Shown: piece by piece, positions 24,496-36,679 of the stretch | Position numbering within the stretch: position 1 is the stretch's first letter | Layout of the letters: each line of letters starts with the position of its first letter | NCBI GenBank assembly: GCA_002269645.1 | Contig: NIVC01001550.1 | Span: 62,001 to 126,000 of the forward strand | From: Macrostomum lignano | Taxonomy: Eukaryota | DNA: 64,000 bases | Direction: 5' to 3' | Program-made: the position numbers and the translations under genes | The notes under the pieces: generated by a model | The model's input: the letters and a program-made list of their open reading frames with translations, nothing else | What the model was told of the DNA's origin: nothing | The model's database searches: none

Positions 24496-27400
24496 ATCGT
24501 ATTTATAAATGAAATTGTAGCACTTATATTATTCAACACTCACTCACGAAGCAGTTATGACATAATCAATTTCCCAGGCAAGTCAGTATCAGTCTCAATT
24601 AAAGTTGACAATATGGTTACCCAATCTAAATCACGTCTGGTGCTACGCTTCCACACTGCATTTTCAATACTGTGACACAATTCAAGTCAGAGTTACAATT
24701 CATTTATGATGCAATCTATTTCAGAATCAGAATTCAACCAGTCAGTTTTCTCTAGCATTCTTACAATGCATTTCAAGTCGAAAAGTTTGCTTGACCTTTG
24801 CAAAAAAGCATGTTTTTCGAATATTTAATCGCTTTAACATGGAGCAATTTCTTAGCCAAGATGCATGTACCATAACGGGAAAATTTCTGATCGAACAGTG
24901 CAAGTCTCAATGAAAATCGGTTAAGCCATTTTTTCTCTAATCGATTACAAGCAAGCAAGATTTTCATTTTTAGTATATTGGATTATAGCTTGACCTATAT
25001 AAATATATTTATTTATTATTTATTCACTATACCAAGCAAGTAGCCTAACACAAAATAAATACCTTGCCTTGTTGTATATTCATCTTAATTTTTGTATAGC
25101 ATTACTAGTAGCAATGGTTTCCTAATAAACAGATAGCGATAGATTTGATAGATGTAATGATAGGGAATAAATGGGCATAAACACTGAAAAAGATTAAAGT
25201 TTTTGTATTATAGGTAATTAGTTTCAAATCTATTAGGCCTATTGTATCAATATTTATGAATATGATTGATTAAACATAATAACTAATATAAAATAGCTAC
25301 TATGTTGCTAATTAATGATAAAAAGAGAGCACAGACAAAGAGATTCAATGGTGTGGCCATATTGGTGTGTGGCCATCTTGGTCTTATACCATCTTGGTGT
25401 ACCCATGGCCATGGGCCATGGCCATCTTGGTCTTATACTTTAACTGACAACAAAGTATGGCATAGATTTTTTTTAGACTTAGACCTAGGTATAAGCTAGG
25501 CCTAAAGGTAAGCCTATAAAATTATGTTAGGCCCAATAGGCCTAGCTAGATCCTAAATTAAATTTAAAAACTAGGCATAGGCCTATTACAAAAACAAAAA
25601 CCTATTGCCATTACTGCCTTATGGCTTAGCCTTAGGCCTAGCCTAGTTTAGGTCTATTTTTGCTATTTAGTATTAGCCTTCTAGCTTATTTAACTAAATA
25701 TTAAAATAATTAATAAAATAATAAGCTAGGCCTAATCAAGCCTAGGCCCCTACTAACCCTAGCAATTAGCCTTAGACTAGGCATAGTCAGTAAATAACAA
25801 TTTGGCTAATAAAATTTTTTGGCACACACTAGATGCCCCTAAGGACTAGGCTAGGCTAAAAATAGCCTACGCTAGGCTAATAGAGTTTTTATAGGGCCTA
25901 GCTTTATTTCCATTTTGTAAGGCTCTTCTGGCTTCTTTAGGCCTATGGATATTTTAAAGATTTAATTTAAAAAATCAATTTAAATTGCACGCACGACTAG
26001 AAACACACCCCCAAGTTCCATACCATCGAGAAGCCTGCTTAAAAAATGCGATTGTCTCTTCCTAGTTAAATCACCCTACTTCTTCCAAGTGTGAAGTCGT
26101 GCTCCAGCTCACATCACATGACAGTGCAATTTTTATTTGAATATTTTTAACTCAAACTAACGAAACTGACCTAATAAAAAGTATTGGCTATGGTAAGTAA
26201 ACGTTATTAAGTAAAAATAGCGCAAAAATTATGATTTGTTTTGAAAAAAAGGACACTGAAATCGAATTATTTCAATAAATATTTCGTAACGTTCTTCTTC
26301 ATCAACGTAACGCTATAATGTTTGCTCGCGCCTCGCTGCATGATGGCAGCAGGTAGCAGCTAGTAATCATAGTGAAAATAGGCAACTTGGCCCTAGTATT
26401 AAATTTAACATTATAATTTAACAGTCCGATTTTCTTTCTCTATAATTTTTAATTTCGAATTAAAAAATTAGCTTTTATTCTATAATCTAGATATTGTTGC
26501 TTTGCAAAGTTATAAATTAGGCCTAACAAAAAACTACTTTTTTTCAAATTTTCTTTCTTCAAGTTCATGCACACACAGCACAGTTAGGTATCTCACTAGG
26601 CCTAGGCCTAAAATCTCTGGCTTATTTGACAAAATAAAATAAATTTAACAATTGACACTGTCATTAATGCCATTGGCATTGAAATCAAAAAATGATTTAG
26701 TAGACCTAGGCTTTGTCAATATTTTGCCTGAGCCCTGTATAAACACTTAATTTATTTTGACAGCAGTACTAAGGCTTAGAAAATTAGGCTGGGATTAGGT
26801 ATAATATGAAAGTTATTTAAAAACTGGGCAATTCAAAAGATTTGTCTTTATATATTGTATAATATTATTTGTTTTAAACTAAAAAATGCAAAAATTAGGC
26901 TTACCGCCTTGCCTTAGGCCTAGTCTAAATTATTGTTGAAAAAAACACATTAAAAATAAAAATTTTAATGGGATGATAATATATTCAATAAAAGCAACAG
27001 AATAAAATGAATAAAAAAGCCTAAAAAGAAAAGAAAATAATAAAAATAGGCCCTATAGCTATACTCTATTTTCATAAACAGGATAAGCCTATTAGACTAG
27101 AGCCTAAATGGCATCAATTGAAAAGTTTAAAATTAGGAATTAGAGATAATTATATTTTGAAATAGAGAATACTTAGCATAATAATTTACTATGTTGTATT
27201 CAAGTTTGAGAAGGCTTTAGGTTCAAAAGGAATAGAAGACTAAAGAGTTTGAATTTGAAGAGTTGAAAATATTAGGTTTTATAGGTTTATGGCTTAAAAA
27301 TAAAAAGAAGCAATTAAAGATAAGATAACATATAGTATATTTTTAGAAAGGGCAAAGGATGGTTAAATAGTTACAAGTATGTTGTGCTTAGATTTAAAGC

Positions 27401-27610
27401 TTTATGAGACACAGAAAATTTAGAATTAAGTTTATAGATATATTTATAGATAGGCCTACTGATTTTTATCAACTCAAAAAGATAGGATTGGCATATGTTT
27501 TAGTTCTAGACTTCTAAGTATATTTTATTGGACAAGAAATAAAGATGCAAGCCTATTGATTAAAGGCTGCTATAAGAGAATAGAGCTAGATATTAAATAG
27601 GGGGGGGGGG

Positions 27611-27970
27611 CTGGGTTTTTTTCGCCAGAGACAAGGTGCGAAATCGCACCTTGTGCCAAATTTCAAGGTGCGATTTTAAGGCTCAGAGTGCAATTTCTCT
27701 TGAGTCTTGTTTCAGACAACTGGGAATATATATTTTAATATCTTACATAAGGCTATAGCCATAGGCTATATCGCCTATATGACTTAATAGGATTTAAAGA
27801 GTTATTTTGTTTTATATTTTTAGGTACTGCATAAAAAATAGCTTAAGCATAGTTAAGCCTTTAAAGAAAAATGGTTATAAGACTGCACCTAAACCGCACC
27901 TACTTTTTTAATTTCAGGGTGCGATTTTAAAATTTAGGGTGCATATGCACACTGTACACAAAAAACCCTG
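27611..27970. mobile_element. hAT-like MITE inserted in a poly-G tract
   Basis: C(T/A)GGGTTTTTT terminal repeats with G runs on both sides and GGTGCG/CGCACC subterminal motifs. It interrupts a repeat whose unbroken homolog lies near 29160. Confidence 0.65.
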
Positions 27971-29658
27971 GGGGGGGCTAGCATATGTTTCTAACAATTA
28001 GTAAAAATAAATAATTTTAATTTTATTGCAATTCATGGCTTTACCAAAATTTTTACCGATATAATAGTAAGTCTATAATTATAATTGCATTAATAGCAAT
28101 TTATAGGCCCTATATAATGAATTCATTCAAATAATCAATTAACACTATTGGAAAATAACTAGGCCTAATAAATAGTAAGATAGGCATAATATTGATATAG
28201 GACTACTTAGTATTATTGGTATTTTAATTGGTTTTTTCAAATTTGAATTGGTTGTTTTTTTCATGTGTCAAAACAATTCATTGCTCATTCATGTTCATTG
28301 CTATTTGTCACTTGTTTTATAGTTATACTTAATAAACTTAACTATCAAATGTCTTAAAAACTCTTAAAATACAAAAAACTAGGCCTAATTTCAAATTTTA
28401 GAAATATATTTTTTTGTTTGCATTCAAACAAAAAATGGTTTCAATTTGACATTGATGGTTTTTCTTTCTATTCTAGTTTTTGATAATTTGATTTGTTAGA
28501 GGTTTGGTAAGTTGACATTAATCTTAGAATTAACAAGGTATCAATTTGGAATTAGGGATCTAAATCTAAGATGTCATGATATAGAGATAGAACAAATATT
28601 TGGAATCTTTAAAATGAAATTAAATCAACTGAATATGTGGTTCAAATCAGAATTAGAAAGTTGATAATCCAAATACTAAATAGTTGCTTTGATATGGGGC
28701 AAAGCTTTGGAATAAGTCAAGAGTTGAATATTGGTGTTGTGGCTCATAAGTAAAGGGAAAGGATAAAGGACAGATAAAAATTAGGGAATTAATAGACTAA
28801 GAAGTTTGTGTTTGAAAAGATAAGAATATTAAGGATTGTGGACTTGTAGCTAAAAAATGAGAGAATTACAGATTACATAATATACAGCATGTCTTGAGAA
28901 AAGATGGGTGCTTAAGCAGTTGCTAGCACTTTGTGCTCAGATTGAGTACTTAGGCTTTAGGAGGCTTTGAAGTTTGAGGCTTTAGGTTGTTTAAGAAAAG
29001 TGGAACATTAAGAATCAAGTTTACATATGCTTGTAACATGGATCAAGAATACTGATTCCTATAAACTTGGAGGGGTGGGGTTGGAATTTGGTCTGGGCAC
29101 ATTTCATTGGACAAGAAGATGCATGCCTATTGGTTTAAGGCTGCTAAAAGGAAAATGACTAGATATTAAATACCATGTGCTTCCAACAGTGAGTATAGCT
29201 AGACATTCCACATAGTTTAATCATAAATTTATCTAGAATAAACTCATTTAACCATCAATTAGCACTACTGACAATTGACTAATAAGTAGTGAAGTGGTTT
29301 GTCTAGACCATGAAATATTCAAATACTCTTAAAATTAATGGTTCTATATTTTCTGTAGTTCATATTTCATTTGAGTTAAGAAATATAATTATTTGGATGC
29401 TCAGGATTTTAAGACTTCTGCAACTTTTGTGGGTCAGAGAGGCTCAGTCATTATAAAATGTAAGCTAGAGATGTTGGATATTTCACTTGACTTTAAGAAA
29501 CTGTAATAAGAAAAAAGTACAATATATTCGTCAACAGAAAGCTAAGAACTAGCTGGGACTTGAACTACTAATAGTAGCATTTGACATTTCAAATGATTTT
29601 GAAATTCATGCAACTTTCAACCGCTACAGCAACAAGCGCACACTAAACGGCGAGCACT

Positions 29659-32512
29659 ATGGCTGACAACTTAGCAGTCCAAGATATAGAGAAATTGGAT
29701 GTGAGCAAGCTCACCCCGCTAACTCCCGAGGTGATTAGCCGTCAGGCCACAATCAATATCGGCACCATTGGTCACGTGGCCCACGGCAAGACCACAGTGG
29801 TGAAGGCCATCTCCGGCGTGCACACAATCCGGCACAAGAACGAACTGGTCCGCAACATCACCATTAAGCTGGGCTACGCTAATGCAAAAATCTACCGCTG
29901 CGACAATCAGCTGTGCCCTAAGCCCGGCTGCTATCGGAGCAAAGGCTCCGCACATCCGGACGACTTTCCCTGCGACCGGCCCGGCTGTTCCGGCCGGTTC
30001 CGGGTGCAACGCCACGTCTCCTTTGTTGACTGTCCCGGCCACGACATCCTCATGGCTACCATGCTGAACGGAGCCGCCGTTATGGACGCCGCTTTGCTGC
30101 TAATCGCTGGCAACGAGGCCTGTCCGCAGCCTCAGACCTCCGAGCACCTGGCCGCCGTTGAAATTATGCGACTGCGTCATCTGCTGATTTTGCAAAATAA
30201 AATCGATCTGATTAAAGAGCAGGAGGCCCAGAATCAGTATGAGGCTATTTTGGACTTCATCAAGGGCACCGTGGCTGACGGCAGCCCCGTGGTGCCGATC
30301 TCCGCCCAGCTTGGCTACAACATCGACGTGGTGTGCGAGTACATCTGCCGCCACGTGCCCGTGCCGCTGCGCGATTTCACTAGCGACCCCAGGCTTATCG
30401 TTATTCGCAGTTTCGATGTTAATAAGCCAGGTTGGTTAGTTTCTTATCTGATTGCTGATTCTTTCACAGCCTCCCAGATCCTCAGTTGCTGGGCCACCCT
30501 CTCAGATCCTCAGTTGCTGGGCCAGCCTCCCAGATCCTCAGTTGCTGGGCCACCCTCTCAGATCCTCAGTTGCTGGGCCAGCCTCCCAGATCCTCAGTTG
30601 CTTGGCCAGCCTCCCAAATCCTCAGTTGCTTGGCCAGCCTCCCAGATCCTCAGTTGCTTGGCCAGACTCCCAGATCCTCAGTTGCTGAGCCAGCCTCCCA
30701 GATCCTCAGTTGCTGAGCCAGCCTCCCAGATCCTCAGTTGCTGGGCCAGCCTCTCAGATCCTCAGTTGCTGAACCAGACTTCCAGATCCTCAGTTGCTGA
30801 ACCAGACTTCCAGATCCTCAGTTGCTGAACCAGACTTCCAGATCCTCAGTTGCTGGGCCAGACTCCCAGACTCACGAGATCCCTCCACATCTTGGGGAAT
30901 ACTTTTACATTAGCTATCAGTTTTTAATTTTTTATGCTTTAAAATAATTAGAAATGTTCATCATATCCTTCCCGGACTGAGTAGTTAGCCAAGCGCATGC
31001 TAATATAAAATCATTTACGTCAATCCAGGCTCGGAAGTTGACGATTTAAAAGGTGGCGTAGCCGGCGGCTCCGTCCTTCGCGGCGTCCTTCGCGTTGGCC
31101 AGGAGATCGAAGTCCGGCCGGGCATCATCTCCAAGGGCGCCGAGGGCCGCATGACCTGCCGGCCGATCCTGTCCCGAATCGTGTCGCTGTACACCGAGCG
31201 CAACGATTTGCAGTTCGCCGTTCCCGGCGGCCTGATCGGAGTTGGCACCATGGTTGATCCCACTCTGTGCCGGGCCGATCGCATGATTGGCATGGTTCTA
31301 GGCGCTGTTGGCACTTTGCCAAGCATCTACATCGAACTGGAGATCAGCTTCTTTCTGTTGCGCCGGCTGCTTGGCGTTCGAACCGAGGGTGACAAGAAAG
31401 GCGCCAAGGTTTGTTGGGGTGGTCTGTGACAGGGTTGCCAACAACAGGTTGATTTGCCTGAACCCAGGATTGTTTAGGTTTATTTAGCTTTGTTTACCAG
31501 CACCTGGATTTTTAGGTTTATTTAGTTTGGGCTACCAGCACCTAGATTTTTAGGTTTATTTAGTTTGGGTAACCAGTACCTATATTTTTAGGTTTATTTA
31601 GTTTGGGTAACCAGTACCTATATTTTTAGGTTTATTTAGTTTGGGCTTCCAGCACCTGGATTTTTAGGTTGATTTAGTTTGGGTAACCAGTACCTAGATT
31701 TTTAGGTTTCTTTTGGGTTACCAGCACTTAGATTTTTTAGGTTTATTTAGTTTGGGTTACCATCACCCATTTTCAAAGTTTTACTTAGGTTGGCTTACCA
31801 GTAATCAGTTTGTTTAGGTTTATTTAGGTTGTATTGCCAGTGACCAATATTTTTAGGTTTATTTAGGTTGTATTGCCAGTGACCAATATTTTTAGGTTTA
31901 TTTTGGTTGTATTGCCAGTGACCAATATTTTTAGGTTTATTTTGGTTGTATTGCCAGTGACCAATATTTTTAGGTTTATTTAGGTTGTATTGCCAGTGAC
32001 CAATATTTTAGGTTTATTTTGGTTGTATTGCCAGTGACCAATATTTTTAGGTTTATTTAGGTTGTATTGCCAGTGACCAATATTTTTAGGTTTATTTAGG
32101 TTGTATTGCTAGTGACGAATATTTTTAGGTTTTGTTACCAGAACTCAGATTTTTTAGGTTTATTTAGGTTAGGTTACTAGCACCTAGAGAGTTTAGATTT
32201 AGTTAGGTTTTTTGACTTAGGTGTCCATGTCCATCCACTGTGATTTTTAACGCTTATCTGCCCCCCCCTAAAAAATGAATCGCAGGTGCAAAAGCTGGCC
32301 AAGGCGGAGCTGCTGATGGTGAACATTGGCTCCCTGTCCACCGTTGCCGGGTGATTGCAGTTAAAAACGACCTGGCCCGCATCGCGCTCAACCAGCCAGT
32401 GTGCACTGAGATTGGCGAGAAGATCGCCCTGTCGCGCCGCGTTGACAAGCACTGGAGGCTGATCGGCTGGGGTCAGATTAGAAAGGGCTCGCCTATTAAA
32501 GTTGTGGAATGA
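29659..32512 (+). CDS. EIF2S3: Translation initiation factor 2 subunit gamma; about 459 aa if one missing base in exon 3 is restored
   Basis: Exons 29659-30430, 31029-31408, 32286-32512. Motifs: [62 protein letters not shown]. The reading frame shifts at about 32343. Confidence 0.96.
30470..30870 (+). repeat. 28 bp minisatellite in eIF2-gamma intron 1
   Basis: CAGATCCTCAGTTGCTGGGCCAGCCTCC. Confidence 0.95.
31480..32175 (+). repeat. About 37-39 bp T-rich minisatellite in eIF2-gamma intron 2
   Basis: TTTTTAGGTTTATTTAGGTTGTATTGCCAGTGACCAATA and relatives. Confidence 0.93.
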
Positions 32513-32654
32513 ATTACCTGACTGACCCTGTGTGTTGTGTTTCCATTTGTGGGCTGGGAGTCCGGGGTAGGCATTCAGCTTAATGGAGTGAGCGCCTTGG
32601 CACACCGCTGCTGCTGCTCTGTCTCCCAATTTTTTTGCAGTCATTAACGGTTTT

Positions 32655-32926
32655 GCCTTTTCGGGGTCTACCCTCTCTCTCTCCCTCTCTCCCTCTCTCT
32701 CCCTCTCCCTCTCTCCCTGTGTATCTCTCTCCTCTCTCTCCGTCTTTCTTTCTCCCTTTCCCTCTCCCTTTCCCTCTCCCTCTCTTCATCTTTCTCCCCC
32801 CGTCTCCCTCTCTCTCTCTCTCCTCTCCTCTCTCCCTCTCTTCCTCTCTCTCTCTCGTCTCTCTCTCTCTCTCTCTCTCCCTCTCCCTCTCTCCCTCTCT
32901 TCCTCTCTCCTCTCTCTCTCCTCTCT

Positions 32927-33023
<97 letters not shown>

Positions 33024-33045
33024 CATCTCTCTCTCTCTCTCCGTC

Positions 33046-33080
<35 letters not shown>

Positions 33081-33125
33081 ATCTTCCTCTTCTCTCCGTT
33101 TCTCTCTCTCTCTCTCTCTCTCTCC

Positions 33126-33161
<36 letters not shown>

Positions 33162-33205
33162 CTCTCTCCCTCTCTCTCTCCCTCTCCCTGTCTCTGTCTC
33201 TCTTG
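32655..33205 (+). repeat. (CT)n-rich polypyrimidine tract
   Basis: About 550 nt almost entirely C/T. Confidence 0.97.
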
Positions 33206-33834
33206 TCTTTAACATCCTAGCTATGATTTTCCAACCAGACATATGTAATCATCTTGAAAGCAATTATTTAAAGCAAGACTTATTTGAAAGCTGATTCTCT
33301 TTAGGAGCAACGCCGGCTTGCAAATCGTCGATTTGTTGTTGTTATTCTCTTTAACCCAGGCAGTCTGTCTTCTTGGTTCAAATTGATAAATTAAATCCAC
33401 TGTTTCCCTCTCGAGATTCACACTCGGTGTTTGACAAAACTGGAAAATGATGTTTAAATAAAGAAGCTGTTCTGACGCAGAGCGAGAGAGGATGGGTGAA
33501 AGAGGCGGCTCTGTCTCTATCTCCCTTCCTGATGTCTGAGAGCTGTTTAAAGAATAAACAACAATTTATTTCGTGTTCGTTGCTGCGTTCTTTGTCGCCA
33601 AATTTCTTTTAAGTCAACTTCAAAGATAATCGGACTCTGGCTAATGCTGCTGCGCTTGGCTAGCGAGCAATTAAGTTCAATTAGATGCTGTTTATGCAGC
33701 TGTCGCAGTCGTTTCGAAATCTGTATTGCAAATTATTTTTTACTTTCTAATTGCTCCCAGACCAATTTACAAGATTGCCAGTAAAAAATTTTTTATGAAA
33801 CGATAATTGCCCTTCTGTTTCTTGTGCTATTTAA

Positions 33835-34670
33835 CAGCTGTCTATCTGACAGCACAGTCTGTCTATCTGAGCACAGCCTGTCTATCTGACAGCACAGTCT
33901 GTCTAACTGACAGCACAGTCTGTCTAACTGACAGCACAGTCTGTCTAACTGACAGCACAGTCTGTCTAACTGACAGCACAGTCTGTCTATCTGACAGCAC
34001 AGTCTTCTCTAACTGACAGCACAGCCTGTCTAACTGACAGCACAGCCTGTCTAACTGACAGCACAGTATGTCTACTGACAGCACAGTCTGTCTAACTGAC
34101 AGCACAGTCTGTCTAACTGACAGCACAGTCTGTCTATCTGACAGCACCAGTCTCTCTAACTGGACAGCACAGTCTGTCTAACTGCAGCACAGCCTGTAAA
34201 CTGACAGCACAGCCTTTCTAACTGACAGCACAGTATGTCTAACTGACAGCACAGTCTGTCTAACTGACAGCACAGTCTGTCTAACTGACAGCACAGTCTG
34301 TCTATCTGACAGTACAGTCTGTCTAACTGACTGCACAGTATGTCTAACTGACAGCACAGTCTGTCTATCTGACAGCACAGTCTGTCTAACTGACAGCACA
34401 GTATGTCTAACTGACAGCACAGTCTGTCTAACTGACAGCACAGTATGTCTAACTGACAGCACAGTCTGTCTAAACTGACAGCACAGTCTGTCTAACTGAC
34501 AGCATAGCTGTCTAACTGACAGCACAGTCTGTCTAACTGACAGCACAGCCTGTCTAACTGACAGCACAGTCTGTCTAAACTGACAGCACAGCCTGTCTAA
34601 CTGACAGCACAGCCTGTCTAACTGACAGCACAGTCTGTCTAACTGACAGTACAGTCTGTCTATCTGACAG
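33835..34670 (+). repeat. 21 bp minisatellite
   Basis: CTGACAGCACAGTCTGTCTAA. Confidence 0.96.
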
Positions 34671-34678
34671 GCATAAAT

Positions 34679-34785
34679 GCGCAACCTTGGGAATCACCCG
34701 GCCGTTTTCTAATGGCAACACACACATGTAAGTCGCTATTGACTGAGAGCAGTCACGTGACTACTTTCCGTCAATAGCGACTTAC

Positions 34786-34827
<42 letters not shown>

Positions 34828-34864
34828 GCCAATAGAAACGGCCGGGTGAATCCCTAGGTTGCGC
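34679..34864. mobile_element. Near-perfect fold-back element with a (CA)n/(TG)n stem
   Basis: Arms GCGCAACC...CACCCGGCCGTTT...TGTAAGTCGCTATTGAC are mirrored around AGTCACGTGACT (34751-34762). Confidence 0.75.
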
Positions 34865-35449
34865 CCAAGCATGCTGACAGCACAGTCTGTAACTGACAGA
34901 ACAGCCTGTAAACTTACAGCACAAACTCCAGGTCGTAAATCCTGTAGACATTTTTAAACTAATTTTGCGTCACACCCCGTGTCGAGAGCGAGGCCCATAT
35001 TGTTTTGAGTCTCCCTCCATCAACAGGTTTTTGTTGCCAAATCTAAAAATAGGACGACAAATTGAGTTAAACAAAGAAGGAAAAGAATTGAGAAGAATGG
35101 GTGGGTTGGGCTGGGCGACATTTTAATCAGTTTTTGTCTCGAGCTATCAATAAAGAGAAGCTGGCGAAGCGGAACAAGTGCCAGGGGAAACCTTTTCAGG
35201 CTGATTGAACCTAAACTCGGGACCCTGGATTCTCGGTGTGTTTAACACGGCTTTTTGAAAGCTAACTGCAACTGTTTTTTTAGATTGACAGTTCAACCTC
35301 TCCTCATCGTTTTTATGCCCGAGCTGCGTTCTCTACCAAATCCCAATTGTGTCATGGCCAAGAGGAGGCCAGTACTGGCCTTCACTTTGTTTTTTCGGCT
35401 ATTGAAAATGGCAAAAATATCTACGTCTACATTGCTGCCTTTGCCACTG

Positions 35450-35720
35450 AATACACAACTGTGAATAGACAAATGTGTGAATAGACAACTGTGTGAATAG
35501 CAACTGTGAATACACAACTGTGTGAATACACAACTGTGTGAATACACAACTGTGTGAATAGCAACTCTGAATACACAACTGTGTGAATAGCAACTCTGAA
35601 TACACAACTGTGTGAATAGCAAAAGTGGGAATAGCATAAGCAACTATGTAAACAGATAAACTGTGTGCGAAGAAAATTGCATAAAAATGTTAAACTTCGT
35701 GAATTCACAACTGTGAATCT
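35450..35720 (+). repeat. 17-19 bp minisatellite
   Basis: ACACAACTGTGTGAATA units. Confidence 0.9.
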
Positions 35721-36223
35721 TCCAATGCACAGCAGCCGTGATTATTCGAAATTGTCGGTGCGCTAAAAATCAGCTTCGACTGTATTTTCTGTGTTTGCCG
35801 CCTTGTCTTTAACTCGCTTCCAATTAGCCGCTCTCCCACCTGTGCCGCTGCTACGATGGAGTCTCTCAAAATCGCTTTTCTTTCTTTTTCAATTTAAACA
35901 AAATCTTGCTCACCTGAACAGGCAATTATTGACAATTAGCGAGAAATTTCCAGCAAATTCTTCAAAGCGGCAAAAACAGAAGAGAACCACGGCCAAATTC
36001 GCGGGACCAGGTGAAAATTTAATAGAATAATTTTTTCCCAATTATAGCAATTCGCGCGTCCCAATTAGGACTTGAAAGTAAACCGATTTGAGGACTTTAT
36101 TCCCAGAAATTCTTGCGCACTCGGCTGCGAAGAATCTCATAGCGCACCTGTTGCTACCCTGCTGGTGCATCTCAAAGGAGGAATAAGGATATGGAAAAAA
36201 AGCATCGCTCCTGCTCTTTATTC

Positions 36224-36649
36224 GGGAGCATGAGATTTGCCCGCCGAGATTTTTCCCGCCGAGGTTTGCCCGCAATGTTTATTCCTGCAGCGCATTTGGC
36301 CACGGCAGCTAGATTCTGTCTGCATTGCCCCCCATGCTTAGTACCGCGTAAGTCTTAATAAAGAGATTTGGGGACATGGCATTTGCATGAATTAATAGCT
36401 CACCGATGTACTCGTACCCCTGCATGTGTATAGAACACCTACAAGAAAATATGAATTTTATATGCAGCTACTATCAAAACGTTTTGATCGGCTGTAAATC
36501 TCTTTATTGAGACTTACTAAGCATTGGGGAGGCAATGCAGACAGAATCTGCCGCGTGGCTGAATGCACTGCAGGAAAAAAGCATTGCGGGCAAACCTCGG
36601 TGGGAAAAACTCGGCGGGCAATTCGTCTGCGGGCAATTCTCATGGACCC
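36224..36649. mobile_element. MITE with 8-bp TSD CTTTATTC
   Basis: TSD at 36216-36223 and 36650-36657. TIRs GGG(A/T)(G/C)CATGAGA.TTGCCCGC with about 60 bp of inverted similarity. Confidence 0.82.
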
Positions 36650-36679
36650 CTTTATTCTGCGTTTTCCTGACTAAGTTCC

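Noticed and set aside
30431-30828. C-terminal part of the 389-aa ORF, and similar tails on the LETM1 and LARP1 ORFs
   Set aside because: Read-through into introns past clear donor sites.
32580-33294. RE-rich and LS-rich ORFs, also at 36504-37527
   Set aside because: Artefacts of (GA)n/(CT)n tracts.
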